Assembly: GCA_020832235.1 (NCBI GenBank)
Contig: JAFIEZ010000003.1
Coordinates: 464,264 to 528,263 of the forward strand
Length of the DNA: 64,000 nucleotides
DNA from: Bacteroidota bacterium
GTDB taxonomy: Bacteria; Bacteroidota; Rhodothermia; Balneolales; HLUCCA01
Direction of reading: 5' to 3'
Shown here: one piece after another, positions 1 to 9,710 of the stretch
Position numbering within the stretch: the stretch's first letter is position 1
Layout: every line of letters begins with the position of its first letter
Notes under the pieces: model-generated
What the model was told of the DNA's origin: nothing
Seen by the model: only the letters and a program-made list of their open reading frames with translations
Databases searched by the model: none
Position numbers and translations under genes: made by a program

Positions 1-1028
1 CTGCTCTGGATGTTCTCAAAGCCATGTTTAATGCAGAAAACATGGAATTACAGCTTGAAACGTATCTCATTGGAGGTGCCAGTCTGGATGCCTTTGGAGA
101 GCCAATTAAAGACGAGGTCGTGGAGGCTTGTAAAAAAGCGGACGCTGTACTACTGGGCGCTGTGGGTGGTCCGGCTTGGGATAATCTTCCTGCTGAAAAA
201 CGACCAGAGAAGGCATTATTGCGTCTTAGAAAAGAGCTTGGACTATATAATAATCTACGCCCAGTTAAAGTCTATCCATCCCTAACCGATGCTTCTACCC
301 TACGGGAGGAAGTGGTTTCTGGTGTAGACCTGCTTGTGGTTAGAGAACTTACGGGCGGATTATACTTTGGGTTACCCAAAGAAACGAAGCCGCATAAAGA
401 GACCGGTGGCGAGCAAGCCGTGGATAGTATGGTATATCACACCTTTGAAATTGAGCGTATCGTGCGTGACGCATTTGAAGCAGCCAGAAAAAGGAGGCGT
501 AAGCTGACCTCAGTTGATAAAGCAAATATTTTAGTAACCTCTCAGCTATGGCGCAAAACGGTTGAACGACTTGCAAAGGAATATCCAGATGTTGAAGTTG
601 AGCATATGTTAGTTGATAATTGTGCAATGCAACTAGTTCGAAACCCAAAACAGTTTGACGTTATTGTCACTGAAAACATGTTTGGCGATATCCTTTCTGA
701 TGAAGCTGCTATGCTAACAGGTTCGATCGGGATGCTACCTTCAGCCAGCCTGGGTACCGGAACAGGAATGTACGAACCCGTTCATGGTTCAGCTCCAGAC
801 ATTGCCGGCAAGAACATCGCCAACCCTCTTGCAACAATAGCATCTGTAGCCATGATGTTGAGGTTTTCTCTTGATTTACCTGCTATGGCAGATACATTGG
901 AAACAGCTATTCAGGAAATACTTAGTGAGGGGTATCGTTGTGCCGATTTAACACAAGGTGCTGCCCACATAGTTGGAACCAGAGAAATGGCAGAGCTCAT
1001 TAAAGAACGTGTTCTGAAAAAGGTCTGA
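1..1028 (+). CDS. leuB: 3-isopropylmalate dehydrogenase, 5' end cut by window edge
   Basis: The frame is open to the window start. Motifs [37 protein letters not shown] and [15 protein letters not shown] are typical of isopropylmalate/isocitrate dehydrogenases. Confidence 0.9.
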   Translation, partial: ALDVLKAMFNAENMELQLETYLIGGASLDAFGEPIKDEVVEACKKADAVLLGAVGGPAWDNLPAEKRPEKALLRLRKELGLYNNLRPVKVYPSLTDASTLREEVVSGVDLLVVRELTGGLYFGLPKETKPHKETGGEQAVDSMVYHTFEIERIVRDAFEAARKRRRKLTSVDKANILVTSQLWRKTVERLAKEYPDVEVEHMLVDNCAMQLVRNPKQFDVIVTENMFGDILSDEAAMLTGSIGMLPSASLGTGTGMYEPVHGSAPDIAGKNIANPLATIASVAMMLRFSLDLPAMADTLETAIQEILSEGYRCADLTQGAAHIVGTREMAELIKERVLKKV

Positions 1029-1029
1029 G

Positions 1030-1839
1030 ATGAAAATTCAACAGAACATTTCAATTATCGGATCCGGAAAAATGGGTGATACCATCATCTCCGGTCTCCT
1101 TCGAGCTGGAGTTGCTTCGGCCTCACAAATAATAGCTGCAGACCCCTCTTCTAAACGGCTTGATTATATCAAAGAGCGACACGGTGTACGAACTACCATT
1201 AATAACCGCGAGGCTGTTGATGCTGGTGACATCATTATTTTTTGCGTAAAACCACAAAATGCGGAGAATGTATTTACCTCTGTATCTGATCGAGTTCGAA
1301 ATGGCAATATTGTCATTTCGATAATGGCCGGAGTTACCATTTCTCGAATGCAGAGCTGGCTACCGGATGGAAGCTCAGTAATTAGGGTTATGCCAAACAC
1401 GCCAACACAGGTGAATGCCGGCATGAGTGCTCTGGCGCGTGGTAGTCATGTTTCTGAAAGTCAACTAAAGGTTTCAGAAACGTTGTTTGCTGCTGTAGGC
1501 AGAACAATTGTTTTAGATGAAAAACACTTTGATGCGGTTACCGGTCTTAGCGCTAGCGGACCAGCTTTTATATATATTATCATTGAAGCATTAGCCGATG
1601 GTGGGGTTAAAAGTGGCCTGCCCAGGGATGTTGCTATACAGCTGGCCGCTCAGATGACCCTAGGTGCAGCTACGATGGTCTTAGAGACGGGAAAGCACCC
1701 TGCAATACTTAAAGATGACGTAACAACCCCCGCAGGATGTACCACAGATGGTATCTTAGCTCTGGAAGAAGGTGGCGTTAGAGTAACGCTTATCAAAGCC
1801 GTAACTGAAGCCGCAAAGAGAGCTTGCGAATTAGGGTAG
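1030..1839 (+). CDS. proC: pyrroline-5-carboxylate reductase
   Basis: 269 aa. N-terminal IGSGKMG dinucleotide fold and C-terminal TTPAGCTTDGILALEEGG P5CR signature. Starts 1 nt after the leuB stop. Confidence 0.9.
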   Translation: MKIQQNISIIGSGKMGDTIISGLLRAGVASASQIIAADPSSKRLDYIKERHGVRTTINNREAVDAGDIIIFCVKPQNAENVFTSVSDRVRNGNIVISIMAGVTISRMQSWLPDGSSVIRVMPNTPTQVNAGMSALARGSHVSESQLKVSETLFAAVGRTIVLDEKHFDAVTGLSASGPAFIYIIIEALADGGVKSGLPRDVAIQLAAQMTLGAATMVLETGKHPAILKDDVTTPAGCTTDGILALEEGGVRVTLIKAVTEAAKRACELG

Positions 1840-1888
1840 TAATTAGAATTTACCACTAAAACCAACCGTACGTATTTTCTGAGCTGGT

Positions 1889-3211
1889 TTAGATTCTGAC
1901 TTTTTGTTTAGCAAGATGGCTGCCAGACATTTCTGTCTTAACTCGATCTTCCACTACAGGATTTGAGTTCTGCCAATTAGTTTCAGCTTTTGTTATAAAA
2001 ACATGCCAAAATATTGCCGCAATCATAAGTAACCCTCCAAATAACATGATGTTACTTTGAAGGGTTATCACATTAAAATACAATAGACTGGCTGCCGTCA
2101 TTACAGATACGGATTCAATCAACGTGAATAACAGCCATTCTGAGCTGAATACCCTACCCCGATATTCATCAGGAGTGCGCTTTTGGATAAGTATCGTGCT
2201 TATAACCCAGTTAGCTCCAGATCCTGCATGAGCGAAAGTTACTAAAATCAACATAATAATTAAGGTCGAGGAAAGTCCTACCAGTACGTAGCCAAACCCC
2301 ACAAGTGCCATACAAACACCGATGGCTTTTATCCATTTAGATTCATCAGGAAAATATCTTCTTACAACCAGTGGGCCAATCGCTGTACCAAGTCCCCTGC
2401 TTGCATACAGTAAGCCTAATCCGATACTACCCAACATGAGAATCTGATCAGATACTAAAATTAGCATATAAACCAGTGCTCCTATAGAAATTTCAAGCCA
2501 CGCCTTTGCCAATGCAGGTCGTAAAATTTCTGTATGAGACTTTAGGAATCGAAACCCGTTTATAATTCCCTGATACGGACTTGCTATACGTTGCAGATCA
2601 CTTTCTGTACGCAGATAAGGTATAGCGGCCTTAAAAATAAACCAGGCTGATATCAAATAGGTAATAGAATTTAGAACAAATACAGCATCTGTTCCAAGAA
2701 ATGCTGTTACAAATCCTCCGGCGGCCATTCCAAGAGTGAAAACTATGCTCCATGAAAGTGTTGAAATTACATTGGCTGTTACCAGCTCATCTCCACTTGT
2801 AATATTCGGTATTGACGAAGATTTAGCGGGTTCAAACACGGCTGCCATCATCATTTGAACTGAAATCAACGCATATATCAACCATATTTGTGATTCGGTT
2901 TCAATGAAGAGTAATCCGAGTACTATAACTGCTCTTCCCAAGTCACACCAAAACATGAGTTGCCTTCGGTTGAATCGGTCAGTCAGATATCCGGCTACCG
3001 GTGAAAAAACCGAAAAGCTCATAAGTTTGACTACAATTATCAGACCAATGAGAATTTCAGAATCTGTAAACTGCTTAATAAGTGCATAAACAGCAAGCAT
3101 TCCAAACCAGTCACCAAAATTGGCTATAGATTGACTAAGCCATAACCTTCGGAAGTTTACGTTGGTTTTAAGAAGTTGAAAATATGGATTACCCGAAGGC
3201 ATGTATTTCAT
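1889..3211 (-). CDS. MFS-type transporter
   Basis: 440 aa, hydrophobic throughout with about 12 helix-like segments. Start overlaps the dut stop by 4 nt. Confidence 0.7.
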   Translation of the reverse strand: MKYMPSGNPYFQLLKTNVNFRRLWLSQSIANFGDWFGMLAVYALIKQFTDSEILIGLIIVVKLMSFSVFSPVAGYLTDRFNRRQLMFWCDLGRAVIVLGLLFIETESQIWLIYALISVQMMMAAVFEPAKSSSIPNITSGDELVTANVISTLSWSIVFTLGMAAGGFVTAFLGTDAVFVLNSITYLISAWFIFKAAIPYLRTESDLQRIASPYQGIINGFRFLKSHTEILRPALAKAWLEISIGALVYMLILVSDQILMLGSIGLGLLYASRGLGTAIGPLVVRRYFPDESKWIKAIGVCMALVGFGYVLVGLSSTLIIMLILVTFAHAGSGANWVISTILIQKRTPDEYRGRVFSSEWLLFTLIESVSVMTAASLLYFNVITLQSNIMLFGGLLMIAAIFWHVFITKAETNWQNSNPVVEDRVKTEMSGSHLAKQKVRI

Positions 3212-3663
3212 CTCCCGGTACTGCCAAAACCGCCATCACCTCTGTCGGTACGATCGAGGTCTTCACTTTCAACGATAACAGCTTGTTGCACAGGCGCCAT
3301 TATAAGCTGTGCGATACGGTCACCATGGCGAACGGTGTACGGTAATGAACCATGGTTTATTGCAATGACTTTAATTTCACCTCGATAATCAGCGTCTATT
3401 GTTCCAGGTGAGTTGAGCATAGTAATACCGTGTTTAATTGCCAGCCCACTTCTTGGTCTAACCTGCAATTCATAGCCTATAGGAATCTGGGCCTGAATGC
3501 CTGTTGGAATTAGGTATCGCTCACCTGGATGCAGAATGAGCTCAGGTTGTATTAGTGCAGCCCGAACGTCCATTCCTGCTGATTGCGGAGTTTCATACGA
3601 CGGAAATGGTAAATCCGCAGCATGTTCAAGTTTACGAAGCTTCAACTTAATCATATCGCTCAA
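3208..3663 (-). CDS. dut: dUTP diphosphatase
   Basis: 151 aa with dUTPase motifs AGMDVRA, RSGLAIKHG, GTIDADYRGEI and RGDGGFGSTG. Confidence 0.95.
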   Translation of the reverse strand: MSDMIKLKLRKLEHAADLPFPSYETPQSAGMDVRAALIQPELILHPGERYLIPTGIQAQIPIGYELQVRPRSGLAIKHGITMLNSPGTIDADYRGEIKVIAINHGSLPYTVRHGDRIAQLIMAPVQQAVIVESEDLDRTDRGDGGFGSTGR

Positions 3664-4408
3664 ATGAAATTAATCGTACCCTTACATTACCAACCCAAAC
3701 CCTGACGTGCGCTTCTAGTGGTACTCGAAGACCATCTGCCTTATGCCATGCTCTGTAAAATCCTGAGAAACCAAATGGACCGTCAACGGAAGCATTTCCA
3801 CTGCTGAAATATGCGTCTACAGAACCAAAAGCAGGTACGTTTATACGCTCTTTTCTTGATGTAAAGTCCATTTGAACGCTGCCCTCCTCTTCGCTGATGT
3901 AAATAGGGAAGTCTATTCGTTCATCTAATCCCGCATACAGACGTGTAAGAAAAAACAATAGTGGTCCGCTATCAGCGGCCCGTGTAAGAGCGAGTGTATC
4001 TAAAGGTTCTTCATTCTGATAAATAAAAACCTTTTCGGCCTCATAATCATATACATATCGTGAATCATAAAAATCCCCCTTGGCAACATCATGCGTCCAA
4101 AAATTTAATCCAAACAATGAGTCTCCCCTGGCTTGAAACACAGAATGAAAATGTCGCTCCTTATTCCCGACGAACGGTATAGATGCATTTGAACGGATAA
4201 TGGTGCGAAAAGTATGGGCGACTTCACCTTTATAAAGGGTATCTACTACAGCATCGATTTTTACCCATCCGAGCGTTAAAAATCCGTAATGAACTGAAAA
4301 CTCAAGTACTTCTCGCTGTGCAAGCAACTGTTCCATGTTGGGCTGAGCTTGTAAACCACTCAAGAAGGAGCTGCTTGCCACAAAGAAGCATAGTAAAGCC
4401 AATTTCAT
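3647..4408 (-). CDS. DUF3108-like secreted protein
   Basis: I prefer the internal start MKLALLCFFVASSSFLSG (signal peptide) over the track start at 4474, which would overlap the upstream gene by 65 nt. The GEVLEFSVHYGFLTLG stretch resembles DUF3108. Confidence 0.55.
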   Translation of the reverse strand: MKLALLCFFVASSSFLSGLQAQPNMEQLLAQREVLEFSVHYGFLTLGWVKIDAVVDTLYKGEVAHTFRTIIRSNASIPFVGNKERHFHSVFQARGDSLFGLNFWTHDVAKGDFYDSRYVYDYEAEKVFIYQNEEPLDTLALTRAADSGPLLFFLTRLYAGLDERIDFPIYISEEEGSVQMDFTSRKERINVPAFGSVDAYFSSGNASVDGPFGFSGFYRAWHKADGLRVPLEAHVRVWVGNVRVRLISFERYD

Positions 4409-4409
4409 C

Positions 4410-4760
4410 TTAATCCTCAATTTCGAGGAACGCCTTATATGCTTCTTCATCAAATCCAACCATGACGGCCCCATCGTTTACCAAAACGGGTCGTTTAATC
4501 ATAGTTTGATGAGTAACTAATAGATCAAACAATTCCTGATCTGAAAGCTGATCAGCATTTAGATTTAAAGACTTCCATTTGGTTCCGCGTTTATTGAGAA
4601 CCGTTTGCATGCTTAGCTTCTTTACCAGATCAAGCACTTCTTCATCTGTTAGCGGATTTTTCTTCACATCCTGAAAAGTAAAGGAAATGCCATTGGTCTC
4701 TAACCAGTTGAGTGCTTTTTTAACTGTTGAACAGTTCTTAATACCTACTACATGTAACAT
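4410..4760 (-). CDS. ArsC/Spx/YffB-family small thioredoxin-fold protein
   Basis: 116 aa. N-terminal GIKNCSTVKKALNWL and C-terminal IKRPVL pattern are typical of the ArsC family. Confidence 0.75.
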   Translation of the reverse strand: MLHVVGIKNCSTVKKALNWLETNGISFTFQDVKKNPLTDEEVLDLVKKLSMQTVLNKRGTKWKSLNLNADQLSDQELFDLLVTHQTMIKRPVLVNDGAVMVGFDEEAYKAFLEIED

Positions 4761-4820
4761 TTAAATAATAATTTTTAATTAATAGTACTTCGGATTAAAG
4801 TATAGAACAGCAGTCTTAAG

Positions 4821-5450
4821 CTAAAACGATCCCTGTCGGTCTTTTAAATATTTATACAGCATTTCTCTTGCTCTAAAAATATGAGCTTTAACTGTTCCTA
4901 AGGGTAAGTCCATTAATTCAGCTATTTCCTGGTAGCTGAGCTCTTCCATATGTCGGTACTGTATCACCATACGATATTTTTCTGGAAGTGTTTGCAACGC
5001 ATCACGAATAATTTTCTGGCGTTGCTTTTGTATTACAGCTTCATCAGAAGAGGCATCCTCGTCTTCAACATCAACGCGCATCTCACCGTCTTTAGTCTTT
5101 ACGGGATCATCTATTGAGGTAGTCTGAAGTCTCTTTTTTCTGAGAAAATCAATCGTATGATTGGTTGTGATGCGATATAACCAGGTAGAAAAGGCGAAAC
5201 CCGTATTATAGGAATGGATATTATCAAATGCTTTAAGAAAAATTTCTTGCTGTAGATCTTCGATAACATCATCTCTATGAACCATTTTTAAAATATGGTA
5301 GTAAAGTGGTTGGCGGTATTTATCAAATAATGCCTTAAATGCGAGCTGGTCACCTCCTTGGGCTCGTTCAACTAATAGAAGGTCTGCTCTGCTGCTTGCA
5401 GAAGGACCCGCAGATTCGGTATTATGGTCAGATGTGTTAGACGAACTCAT
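4821..5450 (-). CDS. RNA polymerase sigma-70 family (ECF/sigma-24-like) factor
   Basis: 209 aa. Region 2 (FSTWLYRITTNHTIDFLRK) and region 4 HTH (LSYQEIAELMDLPLGTVKAHIFRAR). Confidence 0.85.
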   Translation of the reverse strand: MSSSNTSDHNTESAGPSASSRADLLLVERAQGGDQLAFKALFDKYRQPLYYHILKMVHRDDVIEDLQQEIFLKAFDNIHSYNTGFAFSTWLYRITTNHTIDFLRKKRLQTTSIDDPVKTKDGEMRVDVEDEDASSDEAVIQKQRQKIIRDALQTLPEKYRMVIQYRHMEELSYQEIAELMDLPLGTVKAHIFRAREMLYKYLKDRQGSF

Positions 5451-5748
5451 CTTTGTCTATCTAGTGCTAATCTGGGGTATAGGTTTATTGGACGGTAAAC
5501 GTATCTAAGTTTATAAATTAGATATTTTTGGCATGACAAACTCAGATGTTTTTATATCTGTCAATCTATTTGCCACCTGGCCTTCTATAGAATTAAAAAA
5601 CAATTATTTATTATTTTGTTTTATGGTAATTAAAGTTGTTGTATATTGCGTTCGTATTGTTTAAATGTACTTACAATACAACAGGTGTTCTGGACCAAAT
5701 TACCTAAACACTTGATCACAGAAGTACTGATTTCTAGTTGAGGATTAT

Positions 5749-6036
5749 ATGAATATCTATGTAGGAAACTTACCATACTCTACTGATGAGCAGGTATTAA
5801 CCGAACTCTTTTCGCAATACGGTGAAGTTACACGTTCATCTGTTATAACAGATCGTGCAACTGGTCGTTCAAGAGGCTTTGGTTTTGTTGAAATGGCAAA
5901 TGACGAAGAAGCTCTTTCTGCTATCGAATCTACCGATGGCGCAGACTTTGGTGGTCGTTCGCTCGTTGTTAACGAAGCTAAGCCAAGACAAGAACGTCCG
6001 CAAGGAGGTCGACCAAGAAATGATCGTAGATATTAA
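5749..6036 (+). CDS. RRM-type RNA-binding protein
   Basis: 95 aa. RNP2 IYVGNL, RNP1 RGFGFVEM, and a Gly/Arg-rich tail. Confidence 0.9.
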   Translation: MNIYVGNLPYSTDEQVLTELFSQYGEVTRSSVITDRATGRSRGFGFVEMANDEEALSAIESTDGADFGGRSLVVNEAKPRQERPQGGRPRNDRRY

Positions 6037-6065
6037 GATAATTTCTTAACGTCTGGTTTTTTTCG

Positions 6066-6097
6066 AAGGGTAACGGTTTCCGTTACCCTTTTTTTTT
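6066..6097 (+). terminator. rho-independent terminator after the RRM gene
   Basis: AAGGGTAACGG-ttt-CCGTTACCCTT is a perfect 11-bp stem, followed by a T-run (6089-6097). Confidence 0.85.
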
Positions 6098-6105
6098 GCC
6101 AATTA

Positions 6106-7077
6106 TTAAGAGTACAATGGGGTCAAAAGTGCTCCATGGCGTATACCACCAGTTGAAACGAGAAAATAGTCAGCTCCAAATCGTTTTAATGCTTCGTCCA
6201 GAATAAGACACCCCATAAACATTAGATCTTCCCTGCCCTTCAAAAATACAGGGTTCAAACTAAGAATTTCATCTGGCGTCATTCTCGAGAGTTTATCCAT
6301 TAAATCCTCTACATATTTAACGGGTATGCTTAATCCATTTATAGCCTCAGGCTTGTAGGATTTCATATTAAGATATAGAGCAGCCAACGTAGTTGCCGTT
6401 CCTGCAACCCCCAATAATGGCCGCCGAGCGAAACCAGCCCAATCTAAACGATTGCCAGATTCCGGTTTTCCGTCAAATACCATCTGTATGTACTCCTTTC
6501 CCGCAGAGAGTCTGTCGCTGCTATCATGAACAATATCCAATAAGCGAACAGTACCTATATTATATGAACAGCCGACTATTTCTTTATCAGATAAGAAACT
6601 AAACTCTGTGCTCCCACCTCCAATATCTATACAAACACTGTTTTTCTCAGCAACCTGTGAAACGGCACCTGAGTACGCGCAAATAGCCTCTTCGTTACCA
6701 CTGAGTAATCGTACTCTGTAGCCAGTCCCTTCTTCTACCATCCACAAGAATTCCATTTTATTAGTGGCATCTCTAACAGCCGACGTCGCCGTAACGATCA
6801 CCGGTATCTCACCGTAATTGCTAATTATAGACCTGTATTCCTGCAAAACCATAATAACCGATTCTATACCATCACTGGTTAGATATCCTCGCTTATGTAA
6901 CCCTCTTCCCAATCTGGGTAATCTTTGTTCTTCGTGTATAGGATAAACCTTACCATTTTGAACATCTGCTATTAATAGCAATACGGTGTTCGTGCCAATG
7001 TCTATTGCAGCCTTAATCCCTGACTGTGACCATATAGCACTATATTTTGGGAAGTTATTAAAGTCAGGAAGCTGCAT
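6106..7077 (-). CDS. Ppx/GppA-family phosphatase
   Basis: 323 aa. ASKHA-fold motifs IDIGTNTVLLLIA and IDIGGGSTEF. Confidence 0.8.
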   Translation of the reverse strand: MQLPDFNNFPKYSAIWSQSGIKAAIDIGTNTVLLLIADVQNGKVYPIHEEQRLPRLGRGLHKRGYLTSDGIESVIMVLQEYRSIISNYGEIPVIVTATSAVRDATNKMEFLWMVEEGTGYRVRLLSGNEEAICAYSGAVSQVAEKNSVCIDIGGGSTEFSFLSDKEIVGCSYNIGTVRLLDIVHDSSDRLSAGKEYIQMVFDGKPESGNRLDWAGFARRPLLGVAGTATTLAALYLNMKSYKPEAINGLSIPVKYVEDLMDKLSRMTPDEILSLNPVFLKGREDLMFMGCLILDEALKRFGADYFLVSTGGIRHGALLTPLYS

Positions 7078-7080
7078 CGA

Positions 7081-7932
7081 TTACCGTTTGTCAAACCTTA
7101 GGCATATCCATTCATTTTCCTGCAGTCTGTTCTGAAGCTTTAGAGAAGCGTACTCCGGTGACGATAAAATTACATGCTCGTCTGTTTCAAGTAACCCTGA
7201 GAGTAGTAATCGCCCACCATCACGAACCAAAGATACAATTTGAGAAGTTGTTTCAAGTAGCATATTTCGATTCACATTGGCCAGAACAACGTCGTATTGT
7301 GTACCAGGTGGAATTGTTTCAAATGAACCTTCCTTAACAGTAAACTGTTTTGAGACCGCATTGATTAATGCATTTTCCGTTGCATTGACCGAACTCCACT
7401 CATCAATATCAAAGCCAAAGGCTGTACTTGCATTTAGTTTAAGTGCGGCAATAGCCAGTATACCTGTTCCCGTGCCAATGTCCAGAACATGTTCACCACC
7501 CTTAATAGTCTCTGGCATCATTCTAAGCATACAGCGCGTTGTTTCGTGATACCCCGTACCGAAAGCCATTTTGGGGTCAATCTCAAGTAAATGTGCCCCC
7601 TGCGGAGTTTCAACAGGTGTCCAGGTAGGACGAACAAAAAAAGAGCCCACAAGCATTGGCTGGATGGTTTTTTCCCATTCCTCATTCCAATTTTTGGGTT
7701 CGTATATTCTCTCGCCTCGTATAAAACATGGTACGTTTTGAGCACTTACCCAGGTTTCTATATGCTCCCTGCTAACATCATTGTATCTACTTTGTGGGAT
7801 GTAAGCTAACAAATAATCATCATGTTGCTCGAATCCATCGAAATCCAGCTCCATCAACTCGGATATTAATATTTCGTGATAGTCGGCTGGTATCTCAATT
7901 TCAATTTCCAGATAATTCTGATCAGTTTGCAT
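7081..7932 (-). CDS. prmA: ribosomal protein L11 methyltransferase
   Basis: 283 aa. IDPKMAFGTGYHETT and the SAM motif VLDIGTGTGILAIAA. Confidence 0.9.
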   Translation of the reverse strand: MQTDQNYLEIEIEIPADYHEILISELMELDFDGFEQHDDYLLAYIPQSRYNDVSREHIETWVSAQNVPCFIRGERIYEPKNWNEEWEKTIQPMLVGSFFVRPTWTPVETPQGAHLLEIDPKMAFGTGYHETTRCMLRMMPETIKGGEHVLDIGTGTGILAIAALKLNASTAFGFDIDEWSSVNATENALINAVSKQFTVKEGSFETIPPGTQYDVVLANVNRNMLLETTSQIVSLVRDGGRLLLSGLLETDEHVILSSPEYASLKLQNRLQENEWICLRFDKR

Positions 7933-8932
7933 TTACTTGTATTTGAGGTGCTACTCTATTGTACACAATTTCAGTGACTACATTACCTACGATCTGCAAC
8001 GTTTCAATGTCGATGACATCCATATTATCCATATGTGTATGCCAATGTGACGGAAACTCTACCGAGCGCCCGTCACTGGTAAAATGTATGATGTTTATCA
8101 TGGGTATACCAGCATATTCATTCACAATATAGTGGTCGTCTGCAACAAGTCCGCCAGGCATATCTAAAAAAGTATCTTCGTAGCCAAGCTCAGCAGCAAC
8201 TCTCCAAACGTTATCAACTAAACTCCTAGCATAACGCATCGAGTACCCTTCTTTAGGAAATGTGGCACCTTTTGCGCCTACAATATCTAAGAGAATACCA
8301 AATCGGGGCGCGTATCCAGGTACGGGTGGATTATTAGCCCAATATCGGGCTCCAAGAAAGTATTTATGAAGATCACTGGTCTGACCGTAATCTTCACCGT
8401 CGAAGAGTATGATATCTACACCAATTGGAGGAGGGTTTTGAGCCATTATACGTGCCAGTTCCAGTAAAATACCAACACCGCTACCACCATCATCGGCTCC
8501 CAGTATGGGTTCTTCCCGCCTGACAGGATCGTAATCCTCTTCGGCTCTGGGACGAGTATCCCAATGTGCTGCCAGTAAAATTCTATCGGTAGCATGTGGA
8601 TTGAATGCAGCAATGATGTTAGTCAACTCAAGTAGCTTATCGTCATAACCTTCCGCGGTGAAATCTTGGGCAAAGACATATTGACGACCAGCATATTCAC
8701 GCAAAACCTCAATTAAGTAATTTCGTGTCTGTTGATGTCCGGCAGAATTCGGATTTCTTGGCCCAAAATCTACTTGAGCTTGGATAAAGTCATATGCCGA
8801 CTGAGCTGAAAATGTTGGAACTTCTCTCCCCTGATTTTCCAGATGGAAACGGTCACTTATATTGTCTGATGTATTATTTCCACACCCATTGAATACAATT
8901 ACAAAAAACGTAGCGAGATATAGCTTATACAT
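7922..8932 (-). CDS. M28-family metallopeptidase / glutaminyl-cyclase-like lipoprotein
   Basis: The internal start MYKLYLATFFVIVFNGC (lipobox) avoids overlap with the SDR gene. Contains AHWDTRP, DDGGSGVG and FDGEDYG zinc-site motifs. Confidence 0.8.
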   Translation of the reverse strand: MYKLYLATFFVIVFNGCGNNTSDNISDRFHLENQGREVPTFSAQSAYDFIQAQVDFGPRNPNSAGHQQTRNYLIEVLREYAGRQYVFAQDFTAEGYDDKLLELTNIIAAFNPHATDRILLAAHWDTRPRAEEDYDPVRREEPILGADDGGSGVGILLELARIMAQNPPPIGVDIILFDGEDYGQTSDLHKYFLGARYWANNPPVPGYAPRFGILLDIVGAKGATFPKEGYSMRYARSLVDNVWRVAAELGYEDTFLDMPGGLVADDHYIVNEYAGIPMINIIHFTSDGRSVEFPSHWHTHMDNMDVIDIETLQIVGNVVTEIVYNRVAPQIQVNAN

Positions 8933-8933
8933 G

Positions 8934-9704
8934 TCAACCTTTCCTGTGAATGATAGTTCCAGAAGATTGGGCAGTTGGTACAACAAAGGTGTCTAGGATA
9001 TTCACATGAGGTGGTCTGTTCAACATAAATAGAATTATTTCTGCAATATCACCTGCCGTCAAGGGTTCTATGCCCGAGTAAACAGAATCTGCCTTTTTCC
9101 TATCGCCTTTAAAACGAACCATACTAAACTCAGTTTCCACAGCCCCGGGTGATACAAGCCCTACTCTAATATCCGTATGCCCCACATCCATCTTTAATGA
9201 CCTTGTAAAAGCGTGTACAGCGTGTTTTGTTGCACAATAAATCGATCCCGAAGGATAACTCTCATGACCGGCAATTGAACTGACATTGAGAATATGGCCT
9301 TCATTTCTGGCAAGCATACCTGGAAGAAAGAGCCTGGTCATGTAAATCAATCCTTTAATGTTGGTATCAATCATTTGCTCCCAATCATCTATAGCTGCGG
9401 TCTGCACAGGATCTAATCCAGCTGCAAGTCCAGCATTATTAACCAGAATGTCAACCGGATGATCGGAAAATTCTTGGTAGAAATCTTTACACTCTTGCAG
9501 GTTTGAAATATCAAATGCGGATGTAAACACTTGTACTCCAGTTCGATGTGTTATATCATGAGATATATCTTCTAACCTATCTTTACGCCGGCCAGTTAAT
9601 AGTAGATGTGCACCAGCGTCTGCGAGCTGGTATGCCAGCTCCTTTCCAATCCCGGAGGTTGCCCCGGTGATTATCGCAAATTTACCTTTAAGGCGATTAA
9701 TCAT
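8934..9704 (-). CDS. short-chain dehydrogenase/reductase (SDR)
   Basis: 256 aa. TGATSGIGKE cofactor motif, NNAG, and the YCATKHA catalytic YxxxK. Confidence 0.9.
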   Translation of the reverse strand: MINRLKGKFAIITGATSGIGKELAYQLADAGAHLLLTGRRKDRLEDISHDITHRTGVQVFTSAFDISNLQECKDFYQEFSDHPVDILVNNAGLAAGLDPVQTAAIDDWEQMIDTNIKGLIYMTRLFLPGMLARNEGHILNVSSIAGHESYPSGSIYCATKHAVHAFTRSLKMDVGHTDIRVGLVSPGAVETEFSMVRFKGDRKKADSVYSGIEPLTAGDIAEIILFMLNRPPHVNILDTFVVPTAQSSGTIIHRKG

Positions 9705-9710
9705 GAACGT

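Noticed and set aside
5451-5748. 298-nt sigma-factor / RRM-gene divergent spacer as a possible sRNA or cold-shock-type leader
   Set aside because: It contains only short imperfect hairpins (for example GTTcGTATTGT...ACAATACAAC) and AT-rich promoter-like sequence. Nothing is specific enough to call.
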